DNA of 32,971 nucleotides, taken from a virus. Lineage: Duplodnaviria; Caudoviricetes. Positions 25,417-32,971 of the stretch are shown here, one piece after another. A program made the position numbers and the translations under genes. Location of the stretch: the IMG/VR virus record IMGVR_UViG_3300031606_000003, positions 1 to 32,971 of that record; one strand, written 5' to 3'. The notes below the pieces were generated by a model. That model was not told the DNA's origin and searched no databases. It was given only the letters and a program-made list of their open reading frames with translations. The first letter of the stretch is position 1. The number at the start of each line of letters is the position of its first letter.

Positions 25417-27939
25417 ATGGCTACGGTCTACAATCCTAAAAGTAAGATTGTCGTCGTCGTCGACGATGTCGGCACGTTCAACGCCGCGCAACGCGTAACG
25501 CTCGGCGCGTTCTCGTCAAACCTACTATCGTGCGAGTGGACATACTTGCCTACCGACGGCGGACTAAGAGACGCGTCGGTTAAAATAAATCTACCCGTCG
25601 GAAGTGTGGCGCGCGAAGCGTTCGACGGGGGGCGTTTCGGGTTAATTAGTATTTACCGGTCGAATCATCTCGCCGAGCTTCCGATGTCGGGAAGCAATGT
25701 CGATATAACTCAAAACTTCGACAACAACGAGCGGTCGTACCTACTCTTTCAAGGCTTACTGGAGAATCCGTCGTCGAGTAGTGTGTCCAACACCGTATCT
25801 TTTAAGGTCAAAGGGTACTCGTCATGGCTCAAAGAATTAGAATATACAGGAACGTTTACCGATATAGCTATCGGCACTATATTCTCGACGGTAATGGCCG
25901 ACGTTACTGCGCGTAGCTATCAGCCTATAAAAAGTTATGTTACGGAAGACATGACATTTACGGGCAACGTGCCGAACTCGTTTCATGTTTTACATAGAAC
26001 GTTGACAGGAACTTACGAGTACAAGAGCGCGAAGCTAACGAAGATTCTCGAAGACCTACAGTCGGCCGCCGGCGGGCAAGCGGCGGTAACGTTCGGCGTT
26101 CGTTGCGGGTCGACGAGCGATAGTTACGGCGAAGCGTATCTTCTCGAATGGCGCGGGAAGTCTTGGACGCCGGATTATCAAGAGGACTCCAACCTTCTCG
26201 ACGCTATTACGCCGATACCATATACGCGGGCGACAGGGTACAACGTGGAGGTAGACACTTCGAGCATAGTAAACTCGGTCGAGGTGTATGGCGCAGATAA
26301 TCCGGAGGGAACCATACCGTCTTTTTACTCTTCCCAAGAGTTGGTAATGAGCCGCGAGAAATACGGCCGACGTCATAAAACACTAGTCAATGCGAGCTTG
26401 ACTTCCGACCGTTCTTGCGAAGAGTACGCGAAGAACTGGTTAGTCGGCAGAGCGAATCCAACCGTAAACGTTTCGGTAGAATGGTCAGACGAGCAAACGT
26501 TAAACGACTCGCAAAGAGTCGGCGGGTCGACGCTCGCGAAACCGCACGACATACTTCACTATATGCGCGACATGAACTCGATGTTGCACGTTACGAATGC
26601 GGAGACGAGTAGCTTGTTAATCGACGGCAAGTACTCCGACGATGTCGGCATCGACAGTCGACCGACGGCGATTCAGTTATCGAAAGTAGCGAGCGGCAAT
26701 CCGCCGGTTATAAAAATCGACACAACACTCGCGCCGTTCTATGGAACAAACTGGTCGAGTGCCGATACGTTCGGACACCCGAACAAGGCCGTAACTTACG
26801 CGCAATATTCGACAACACGCTCGACGCTCTTCGTCGTTCGCTTCGGATTAAAACTCGACGGCTCGGACGCCGGCGACTTAAACAACTTGGTCGTATGGGA
26901 ACACTCCAGAAGATTAAGAATAAGGCTTGTTCAATCGGGCGGAGCCGGAACAAACTTCGGCGCGACGATTGATACTTGGCGCGGTGGCTCGGTTGGTTGG
27001 GTCGACGAACTCGCGACGTATGGACACAAAGAAGTCTTGACTCATTTACTACCGACCGCCGACGGCGGCATCGCAATCGCGCTACAACTTGGCGGACTAT
27101 TGTCGACCGTTCCGACCGTCAGTCTTTGGGCGTCGACGAGCGGCTCCGAAGCGTGGCGAACATTGCTCGCGACGACGAACGCGGTCGACGTTGTCTTCGC
27201 AAGCGCGACGGATTTTATTTTATACACTCAGTTGGCCGGTCAGAACGAAGACTATATTCTAATCGGCGTGGGAACGAAAACAGACGGCGCATCTTTGGAG
27301 CCGGCCACGTCGGGCAACTTCGAGATATATTCGGCGCGGTGTTACGAGGGAGAACTAAACGCGACGACTGGCGACTTCGAGTACGGTCGAGGACTCGACG
27401 CCGAGGGGTCTAGCACGACCGACAAAGCGGGTTCGTTTTTATATCAAGAAGCGTTCTCGCACTTGCCGCGCATCGGGTATAGTGCCGGCCGTTTAATGAC
27501 GCTCGAACCGTCTTTCAAGAAGACCGTATCGGGCAACGATTATCACTTCGTAAAATGGACGCGAGCGCAACTCAACGCAAGCGGCGTCGAGATATACGAC
27601 GGCTTTTCTAACGACGGCTATCATGCTCGACTATACTCCCCGCAAACCGGCGACGGCCTTGTTGTTGGCGACGGAGTAACGACCGCGACCAACTGGGCGA
27701 CGACCGAAGATTTAAGGTCGCCGAGTTGGCGGCTCGGCTCGACCGGCGAATATAGCAAAAAACTCGGCGTCGGTGTATCTATCAGACCGAGAGAGATAAG
27801 GTTCAAGTACGCCGGCGAACACTCGCCGTTAAAAATATCCGTCAAGGGCGGCGTCAGCGAAGACTCTTTAGTTAAGGCGGCGTCGGAGATAATGAAAAGA
27901 ATGGACGACGCAGAACGCGACTCGAACGCATCGTTATAA
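25417..27939 (+). CDS. Tail tip hub (Tal-like) protein with large internal insertion
   Basis: Follows Dit; FKVKGY, IVNSVEVYG, SREKYGRRHK..EEYAKNWL hub-like motifs; beta-rich central region. Confidence 0.72.
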   Translation: MATVYNPKSKIVVVVDDVGTFNAAQRVTLGAFSSNLLSCEWTYLPTDGGLRDASVKINLPVGSVAREAFDGGRFGLISIYRSNHLAELPMSGSNVDITQNFDNNERSYLLFQGLLENPSSSSVSNTVSFKVKGYSSWLKELEYTGTFTDIAIGTIFSTVMADVTARSYQPIKSYVTEDMTFTGNVPNSFHVLHRTLTGTYEYKSAKLTKILEDLQSAAGGQAAVTFGVRCGSTSDSYGEAYLLEWRGKSWTPDYQEDSNLLDAITPIPYTRATGYNVEVDTSSIVNSVEVYGADNPEGTIPSFYSSQELVMSREKYGRRHKTLVNASLTSDRSCEEYAKNWLVGRANPTVNVSVEWSDEQTLNDSQRVGGSTLAKPHDILHYMRDMNSMLHVTNAETSSLLIDGKYSDDVGIDSRPTAIQLSKVASGNPPVIKIDTTLAPFYGTNWSSADTFGHPNKAVTYAQYSTTRSTLFVVRFGLKLDGSDAGDLNNLVVWEHSRRLRIRLVQSGGAGTNFGATIDTWRGGSVGWVDELATYGHKEVLTHLLPTADGGIAIALQLGGLLSTVPTVSLWASTSGSEAWRTLLATTNAVDVVFASATDFILYTQLAGQNEDYILIGVGTKTDGASLEPATSGNFEIYSARCYEGELNATTGDFEYGRGLDAEGSSTTDKAGSFLYQEAFSHLPRIGYSAGRLMTLEPSFKKTVSGNDYHFVKWTRAQLNASGVEIYDGFSNDGYHARLYSPQTGDGLVVGDGVTTATNWATTEDLRSPSWRLGSTGEYSKKLGVGVSIRPREIRFKYAGEHSPLKISVKGGVSEDSLVKAASEIMKRMDDAERDSNASL

Positions 27940-27947
27940 TATAGATA

Positions 27948-28544
27948 ATGGTTTTCCCCGACGATATTCCCGACAAGCCTAGCTTCCTCTTCGACGGGGT
28001 CGACTCCGTAACCCGAAAGGACTTACAGGGCGTCGAAGATAAGCTCTCCGCCGCGCAAGCTTTGATAGGAACGCGGGCGGACGGCGAGCCGCTATCCGTT
28101 GGAGAAATGCTCTATGGTAACTGCCAAGCGGCGTCCGGAGTTATCGAGTTCTCCATGAACTACATCGACGGCGGTACTGTTACAATCGACGGGGAAACTT
28201 ACACATATACCGACATGGTGAGCCTTGTCTCGCAAGTAAAGTTTTACTACCTACCCGACAAAAGCGACACGCTTTTCGGCGACAAGAAGCCCATGGTTAT
28301 GTCGTCGCTAAACCGAGGACTTCCACGAAACACATCAGCTACGCCAAGCAGACCGGAGGAAGCTTGGACGTCGTTCGAGACGGCTATAGTAACGTCGACA
28401 TACTTCCAAATTAGTAGCAAACTTTTCTACGGAAGAGACAACGCTTCTAACATTTTGGAAGTTAGACTACCTTGGTTTGCCATTTTGCCGAGAGGCGGTT
28501 GGACAAATAGAGTATCCGAGATAATAGACCCCAACGCGGAATAA
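27948..28544 (+). CDS. Putative tail fibre/receptor-binding protein 1
   Basis: FP..D..V..DLQ..D.L.A.Q..IG N-terminal anchor motif; position after the hub. Confidence 0.6.
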   Translation: MVFPDDIPDKPSFLFDGVDSVTRKDLQGVEDKLSAAQALIGTRADGEPLSVGEMLYGNCQAASGVIEFSMNYIDGGTVTIDGETYTYTDMVSLVSQVKFYYLPDKSDTLFGDKKPMVMSSLNRGLPRNTSATPSRPEEAWTSFETAIVTSTYFQISSKLFYGRDNASNILEVRLPWFAILPRGGWTNRVSEIIDPNAE

Positions 28545-28549
28545 ATAAC

Positions 28550-29275
28550 ATGGCAATCTCTAAAGGCAGTAGCAACAAAGTCTCTTCTCTTTTTCCGTCG
28601 AGTGCCGAAGACTTTACGAACATCGGGTCGCCCGACAGCATTACGGCCGCTTGGGCGAATAGGCTTTTTTCCGGAACTGCGGAATTGTGTCGGCAACAAG
28701 GGTCGCAACCGTTGTCGTTGCCGTCAACAATCTCGCCGTCGTGGACTCCGGCGGACTTAGGAGAATTGGCGGCCGGTGTAAAAATATGGCAAGCAAGTTT
28801 TGGGTTTGACACTTATGCTCCGGAAAACTCGTATGTATGGAATGGAGACACTCATTACTTTTCGCTATGGACTCTCTTCCCATTCATAGATACCGGAGAT
28901 TGGAGTTCAGACCGAGACCATTATGTGGAAATGCCAAGCAATCTATTTTCTTTCACAAACAGTAATTCTTCGGGTAAAGACGTAGGGTTTTGGAGTTTCG
29001 GCTCGGTAATACAGTACGAGGGAGAGGACGCGAGTTTTCTAGCCACGATGACAACTGGCGGATTCGACACTTATGTCAGAGGTTCGACCGATACGGGAAT
29101 AGACCACTTTATGCTAAACGAATTGGAAGAGACTCCGACTAATCCAATAGTCTACGCGCACGTTACTCTCGACCGAGGTAATTCCGGAAGTGGCGAGATT
29201 TTGCCGGCTCCGGATAAGGATTATCTAAAAGACCTAAAGTTAAAGATGTGTTTCATGGAGTTGCCTTTTAGTTAA
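28550..29275 (+). CDS. Putative tail fibre/receptor-binding protein 2
   Basis: FPSSAEDFTN..DSITAAWANRL..G anchor motif; aromatic-rich C-terminus. Confidence 0.6.
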   Translation: MAISKGSSNKVSSLFPSSAEDFTNIGSPDSITAAWANRLFSGTAELCRQQGSQPLSLPSTISPSWTPADLGELAAGVKIWQASFGFDTYAPENSYVWNGDTHYFSLWTLFPFIDTGDWSSDRDHYVEMPSNLFSFTNSNSSGKDVGFWSFGSVIQYEGEDASFLATMTTGGFDTYVRGSTDTGIDHFMLNELEETPTNPIVYAHVTLDRGNSGSGEILPAPDKDYLKDLKLKMCFMELPFS

Positions 29276-29277
29276 AC

Positions 29278-29898
29278 ATGGCGTCATTTTACCCTAGATA
29301 TTTAGACAAGGTTGTAACCATACGCGGCTCGGCCGTAACCGGCAAGCCGCTAACCGCGCCGTCGCCGGAAGTGTTTAACTGGTTGTCGGACAAGCTAGTC
29401 AGTACGCAAAAAGAAATGCTTTATGACTACGCGAACTTAGGCGATACCTTTGGAGTCGCGGCGGAAGACCGAGACATTAAGACCATGACTAAAGAGTTGC
29501 TAAGGACGGAGGTAGGGAACGCAAGCTTCTTTCAAGAAGACGCCGACCAAGTGGGGCTTGACCCGAATTATTATATAACGAAAACTATTCTTTTCGCTCA
29601 TACCACGAACGGGGGAGCGGCGGCCAACCAACGCTTTCTTCCCAACATTGAACCTTGGCTAGAGGTAAGAAATGTAAGTGTAAAGCATAACGCTAGTGCC
29701 GCAATTACCGACCCCATAAATGACTATACTTGGGTGCTAGGTTATTACAAAAACTCCGTAAACCCCGTCATTTTATATGACGCAAGCGGCTACCCTTACG
29801 GATTTACCATAAGGCTCTACACAGGAGCGTCGGAAGACTACGTTAGTTTTTATGTACGTTACATTGCCATGCAAGGCTTTCATCATCATCAACGATAG
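29278..29898 (+). CDS. Putative tail fibre/receptor-binding protein 3
   Basis: YPRYLD..FNWLSDKLVSTQKEM anchor motif; GFTIR..VRYIAM C-terminal strands. Confidence 0.6.
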   Translation: MASFYPRYLDKVVTIRGSAVTGKPLTAPSPEVFNWLSDKLVSTQKEMLYDYANLGDTFGVAAEDRDIKTMTKELLRTEVGNASFFQEDADQVGLDPNYYITKTILFAHTTNGGAAANQRFLPNIEPWLEVRNVSVKHNASAAITDPINDYTWVLGYYKNSVNPVILYDASGYPYGFTIRLYTGASEDYVSFYVRYIAMQGFHHHQR

Positions 29899-29906
29899 CG
29901 AGAGCA

Positions 29907-30200
29907 ATGACCGACCAACAACAACAACGCGACTCGCTCTCGACTCGACTAGAAAGAATCGAAGACAAGGTCGACCGACTTGCCGAAAGTTTAATTACAG
30001 TTGCGCGAGTTGAAGAACGCATCGCAACAATATTGTCGAACCAAGTAGAAACGAACAAGCGACTCGGTCGACATAGCAATCGACTCGACGACGTCGAGAC
30101 TGGACTAACAAAGACGCAAGGTATCGGGCGGGTCGCGGAGCGGTTGTTTTGGGTGGCGGCGACGGCGGCGATAGCGGTCTACATGGGCGCGACGTCGTAG
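29907..30200 (+). CDS. Coiled-coil plus C-terminal TM protein (XhlA/holin-like)
   Basis: RLERIEDKVDRL..RVEERI..RLDDVE coiled coil, LFWVAATAAIAVYMG TM; end of the late operon. Confidence 0.65.
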   Translation: MTDQQQQRDSLSTRLERIEDKVDRLAESLITVARVEERIATILSNQVETNKRLGRHSNRLDDVETGLTKTQGIGRVAERLFWVAATAAIAVYMGATS

Positions 30201-30379
30201 CGTCGAGCGGATACGTTGATATAACGGCGTATTAGAGAACTTTGAGAAATCGAAATAAAGTTCGGTTTTGCCTATAGACGCTTACCGTTAAAGGTGTCAT
30301 AATGTCCAACATGACGAGGGTCAATCAGACGCTCGATACTCACTCACTCACTCTCTCTCGACCCGAACAAAAACTAACA
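30201..30379 (+). promoter_or_regulatory. Promoter-leader cassette copy B
   Basis: ATACG-N12-CGTAT (30211-30232), GTTTTGCCTAT, TAGACG-N17-CATAAT (30275-30303) containing GCTTACCGTTAAAG, ATG 30311, CGAG..CTCG hairpin, CTCA/CT tract. Confidence 0.8.
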
Positions 30380-30616
30380 ATGAAAATCAACAAACTAACT
30401 TTAGAATCACTCGTCCAAGAATGGGCGAAAGCCGAACAAGCTTTTCTCTTAATATGCGGAGCGTATTCTGCGCCGCAAAGTCTTCGCACAAGCGCGAACG
30501 ACTTCGCTTGCAAACTTCGCCGAGACATCTTCGCAAGAGTGCCGAACCTAAGAGACGTCTCTCTCGACTCGAACGGCAACGGCGTTCTCTCTATCAGCGA
30601 GGACGACCAACGATGA
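30380..30616 (+). CDS. Hypothetical protein, paralog of the 1424-2008 C-terminal domain
   Basis: Protein alignment by eye; A-rich start context. Confidence 0.75.
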   Translation: MKINKLTLESLVQEWAKAEQAFLLICGAYSAPQSLRTSANDFACKLRRDIFARVPNLRDVSLDSNGNGVLSISEDDQR

Positions 30617-31065
30617 AAATCCACGAGCTAAAACTAAACTCCCAACTCTTAGAACTCTTGACGATGAACATCGACGAACTCAAATCGAGACTCTCGAAGA
30701 TTAACCATAACCAAGAACCAAGAGTGCCGACCGGCAGTTGCTACGAGTACGCTTGTCGTCTCTTGCTCGGTCGAACAATGGCGCACCCGACGTTCGGCAA
30801 CTTGCAAGACGAGTGCGGCGACATCGACTTCACTAACGCGACGCTCGTCCATGGAAGACCGTCGGGCAATCAACACGAGAACGGCCACGCTTGGGTCGAG
30901 GTCGACGACCTTGTAATCGACCCGTCGATTAAGCCTTGCTACATTACGTTGAGAGAATCTTATTACGAACGCGGCGGCATCGACGAAGCGGACAACGAGA
31001 GATACACTTCCGACGAAGCGTTCGACGCATTATCTAAGTTCCAACATTGGGGAGACTGGCGGTAA
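30613..31065 (+). CDS. Transglutaminase/papain-fold protein
   Basis: GSCY..LVHG..GHAWVE..VIDP gives a Cys-His-Asp triad; ATGA coupling at 30613. Confidence 0.72.
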   Translation: MKIHELKLNSQLLELLTMNIDELKSRLSKINHNQEPRVPTGSCYEYACRLLLGRTMAHPTFGNLQDECGDIDFTNATLVHGRPSGNQHENGHAWVEVDDLVIDPSIKPCYITLRESYYERGGIDEADNERYTSDEAFDALSKFQHWGDWR

Positions 31066-31625
31066 TGACCGACTTCCTAACGTGCCAACTTTGCAACGGG
31101 TCGAAGATACTACTCGACGACCCTTGTCCTTGCGACTCCGTCGCTTACTTAAACTCAATAAACAATAAAAAATCCGAAATGAAAAACGACTCTTCTTCTT
31201 CTTCTCACGCTCCGTCGATAACGCCGGTCGAGTTCGCCGAACGATTCGACGCCGCCATGGGCGAACTCGATAACCTAAACGTCGCGACCGTTATCATGGC
31301 GGGGCTTCATAACCTAGCGTATGACGCGCTCGCATTTACGGCGAGCCATGACGCCGGAACTTTAATGCTCGACGTCGACGGTTGTCCGCGTCTTCCTAGT
31401 CGGGAAGAACTGGACGACCTAGAACCGAAGTCGCCGGTGCGCGCTCGCATTAACTCCGGCGAGTTTCTTATGGGCGACAAGACTTTCGACGTGCTGTTCG
31501 ACGAGGAATCCGACGGCGGCGTTAATCTAATCGCGACCATGCTTGGCGAACAAACCGTTTACGGCGTCGCGTTCGTGCAAGCCATGGAAGACGAAGACGA
31601 AAACAAGGACGGCGACAATGAGTAA
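31065..31625 (+). CDS. Hypothetical acidic protein with N-terminal CxxC..CxC (alternative start 31179)
   Basis: TAATG coupling; CQLCNG..CPC. Confidence 0.65.
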   Translation: MTDFLTCQLCNGSKILLDDPCPCDSVAYLNSINNKKSEMKNDSSSSSHAPSITPVEFAERFDAAMGELDNLNVATVIMAGLHNLAYDALAFTASHDAGTLMLDVDGCPRLPSREELDDLEPKSPVRARINSGEFLMGDKTFDVLFDEESDGGVNLIATMLGEQTVYGVAFVQAMEDEDENKDGDNE

Positions 31626-31839
31626 CGACATTGACCAACAAAGCGACCGCAACTTAGCGGTCGCCAAGTTCGATAGCTTCTGCTCGTTTTGCGGGAAGCC
31701 GACTCGCGCCAAGCAGTCGGTAACTTGGATTCGAGTCGAGCGCGAACGCTCCGGCGGATTCTCTAACAAGCGCAAGGTCGGGCATTTTAATTGCTACGGC
31801 GACGGCGCGTCTCACTTAACAACTTACTCTCGACGCTAG
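31618..31839 (+). CDS. Small zinc-finger protein (CxxC..HxxC)
   Basis: AKFDSFCSFCGK..W..HFNC. Confidence 0.7.
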   Translation: MSNDIDQQSDRNLAVAKFDSFCSFCGKPTRAKQSVTWIRVERERSGGFSNKRKVGHFNCYGDGASHLTTYSRR

Positions 31840-31851
31840 TCGACGAACATC

Positions 31852-32127
31852 ATGCACAAAACAAAAACAAAATCCACTTGCGATAACGCGGCCGCGTTGC
31901 GCTTCCGAATCCTACGCGAACGAAAGCCGCTCGCGATAATCACGTTCGACGTCGACACCGAACCGGACGAAGTACAGAAGACGACCGTCTACGGCGTCAG
32001 CGAACTCGACGGCGAGGAACGTTACATCGAACACTTCATCGGCGCGCCGCGTCTTTCCGACAACCGACGAGTCGCTCTTGCGGCCATGGTCGTCTTCCCT
32101 AATCATCAACTAAAATTAACACCATGA
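31852..32127 (+). CDS. Hypothetical protein
   Basis: ATCATG start context; ATGA coupling to the next ORF. Confidence 0.6.
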   Translation: MHKTKTKSTCDNAAALRFRILRERKPLAIITFDVDTEPDEVQKTTVYGVSELDGEERYIEHFIGAPRLSDNRRVALAAMVVFPNHQLKLTP

Positions 32128-32321
32128 AAAACGAACAAATACTAAAAGATTTTCTCGGAAAAAGATACGCTCTTTTCCTTGAACAACTCGACCAACTTCC
32201 GGAAGAACTGCGTCGACTCGTAAACGATAACCGAGAAACTCTCGAAGATATGTTAGCCGCCGGCTTCGACTTGGGTATGTTGACCGCCGCTTGCGAAACG
32301 AAAGACGAGGTCGAGCAATGA
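32124..32321 (+). CDS. Hypothetical protein
   Basis: ATGA overlaps at both ends. Confidence 0.65.
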   Translation: MKNEQILKDFLGKRYALFLEQLDQLPEELRRLVNDNRETLEDMLAAGFDLGMLTAACETKDEVEQ

Positions 32322-32455
32322 AAAATCTGCTCGAACTAATAACTAACAACTTGCCGACTCGCGGCGAGTTAATCCAAGCGACCGCCGCGTCGTTCTTCCT
32401 ACTGGTCGCGCTAGTCTTAATCTTCGCGACCGACGAATCATGGAGACTTAACTAA
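32318..32455 (+). CDS. 45-aa single-TM protein (not in ORF track)
   Basis: MKNLLELITNNLPTRGELIQATAASFFLLVALVLIFATDESWRLN*; ATGA and TAATG coupling. Confidence 0.65.
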   Translation: MKNLLELITNNLPTRGELIQATAASFFLLVALVLIFATDESWRLN

Positions 32456-32685
32456 TGACCGATATGTTCTTTTCAAGACCCGACGACGAATCGCCGCCGG
32501 TCGACGTCGAGCCGGACTTTGCCGGCGACACGACCGAGCGCGAAGCGTGGCTCCGAATTGTTGGCAACACCATATTCGACTTCTTGCGGACGTGGCTAAT
32601 CATAGTCGCGACCGGCGCGTTGATAATTGTCCTAATACGAATCGTCGTCATACCGGCTTTCTTTCTCGCGGACTTGGTATCTTAA
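32455..32685 (+). CDS. Small membrane protein
   Basis: Acidic N-terminus, long hydrophobic WLIIVATGALIIVLIRIVVIPAFFL. Confidence 0.65.
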   Translation: MTDMFFSRPDDESPPVDVEPDFAGDTTEREAWLRIVGNTIFDFLRTWLIIVATGALIIVLIRIVVIPAFFLADLVS

Positions 32686-32689
32686 AGCT

Positions 32690-32887
32690 ATGAAAGAAAC
32701 CGCAGAAGAAAAACGGCGTCGGAAGAACGCCGAGTACGTCAAGCGATACAAGGCGAAGCGCGAGCGCGTGGAGTTCTTTCTACCGCAAGGCAGTCGGGAT
32801 AAATTACGAACGGCCGTTACGGGAGCCGGCAAGCACGAATCCGTTCAAGCTTGGTTCTTAGATATGGTCGAGCGGGTTACGAAATGA
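32690..32887 (+). CDS. Ribbon-helix-helix (Arc/CopG-like) DNA-binding protein
   Basis: Basic helix, then RVEFFLP strand, SRDKLRTAV helix, G..SVQAWFLDMVE helix. Confidence 0.65.
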   Translation: MKETAEEKRRRKNAEYVKRYKAKRERVEFFLPQGSRDKLRTAVTGAGKHESVQAWFLDMVERVTK

Positions 32888-32971
32888 CCGACGACGAAAA
32901 GCCGAAGCCGAGCAAAGTTGACCGCGTGATTATCTGCGCGCTTTGCGCCGGCTACGGTAAGACGTTCGGCG
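32837..32971 (+). repeat. Terminal overlap copy 2
   Basis: Matches 1-135 with one mismatch; ORFs read continuously across the join. Confidence 0.97.

Larger units (their letters stand above)
1..32971. mobile_element. Complete (circularly permuted assembly) siphovirus genome with lambda-type packaging
   Basis: Full set of head, tail, packaging and replication genes; terminal 135-bp overlap; no host genes. Confidence 0.95.

Noticed and set aside
27948-29898. Diversity-generating retroelement or invertible tail-fibre locus
   Set aside because: No reverse transcriptase, invertase, template/variable repeat pair or flanking inverted repeats seen.
1-32971. Alternative genetic code, tRNA or rRNA genes
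   Set aside because: Genes are intact in the standard code with TAA, TAG and TGA all used as stops; no cloverleaf or rRNA-like sequence seen.

Overview
The window appears to be a complete, circularly assembled tailed-phage (siphovirus) genome of about 32,836 bp; bases 1-135 recur at 32837-32971 with one mismatch. Modules: (i) two accessory/early operons of small unknown genes, each behind a copy of a repeated promoter-leader cassette; (ii) a leftward recombination operon (Cas4-like exonuclease, DUF669-type SSB, Sak4-like AAA_24 ATPase) diverging from a Cro-like HTH gene, a Prim-Pol/PriCT/helicase gene, a putative iteron origin, RusA and an HNH nuclease; (iii) a MoxR/CbbQ-type AAA+ ATPase with a vWA-like partner; (iv) a lambda-type cos/terminase/portal module with a fused prohead protease-major capsid gene; (v) a non-contractile tail module with the lambda G GGA AAG -1 frameshift, tape measure, Dit, a hub with a large insertion, and three tandem fibre-like genes. 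I found no integrase, CI-type repressor, endolysin, tRNA or CRISPR array. The most unusual signals are strand-polarised avoidance of CCAG and CTGA on top of broad restriction-site avoidance, the repeated promoter/operator/hairpin/CT-tract cassette, a 16-20 bp linker fused to the stop codon of each gene in one operon, a nested start inside the protease-capsid gene, and a lipoprotein with a C-terminal TM segment coupled to a cationic amphipathic peptide. All calls and counts were made by eye; no database search or computation was run.
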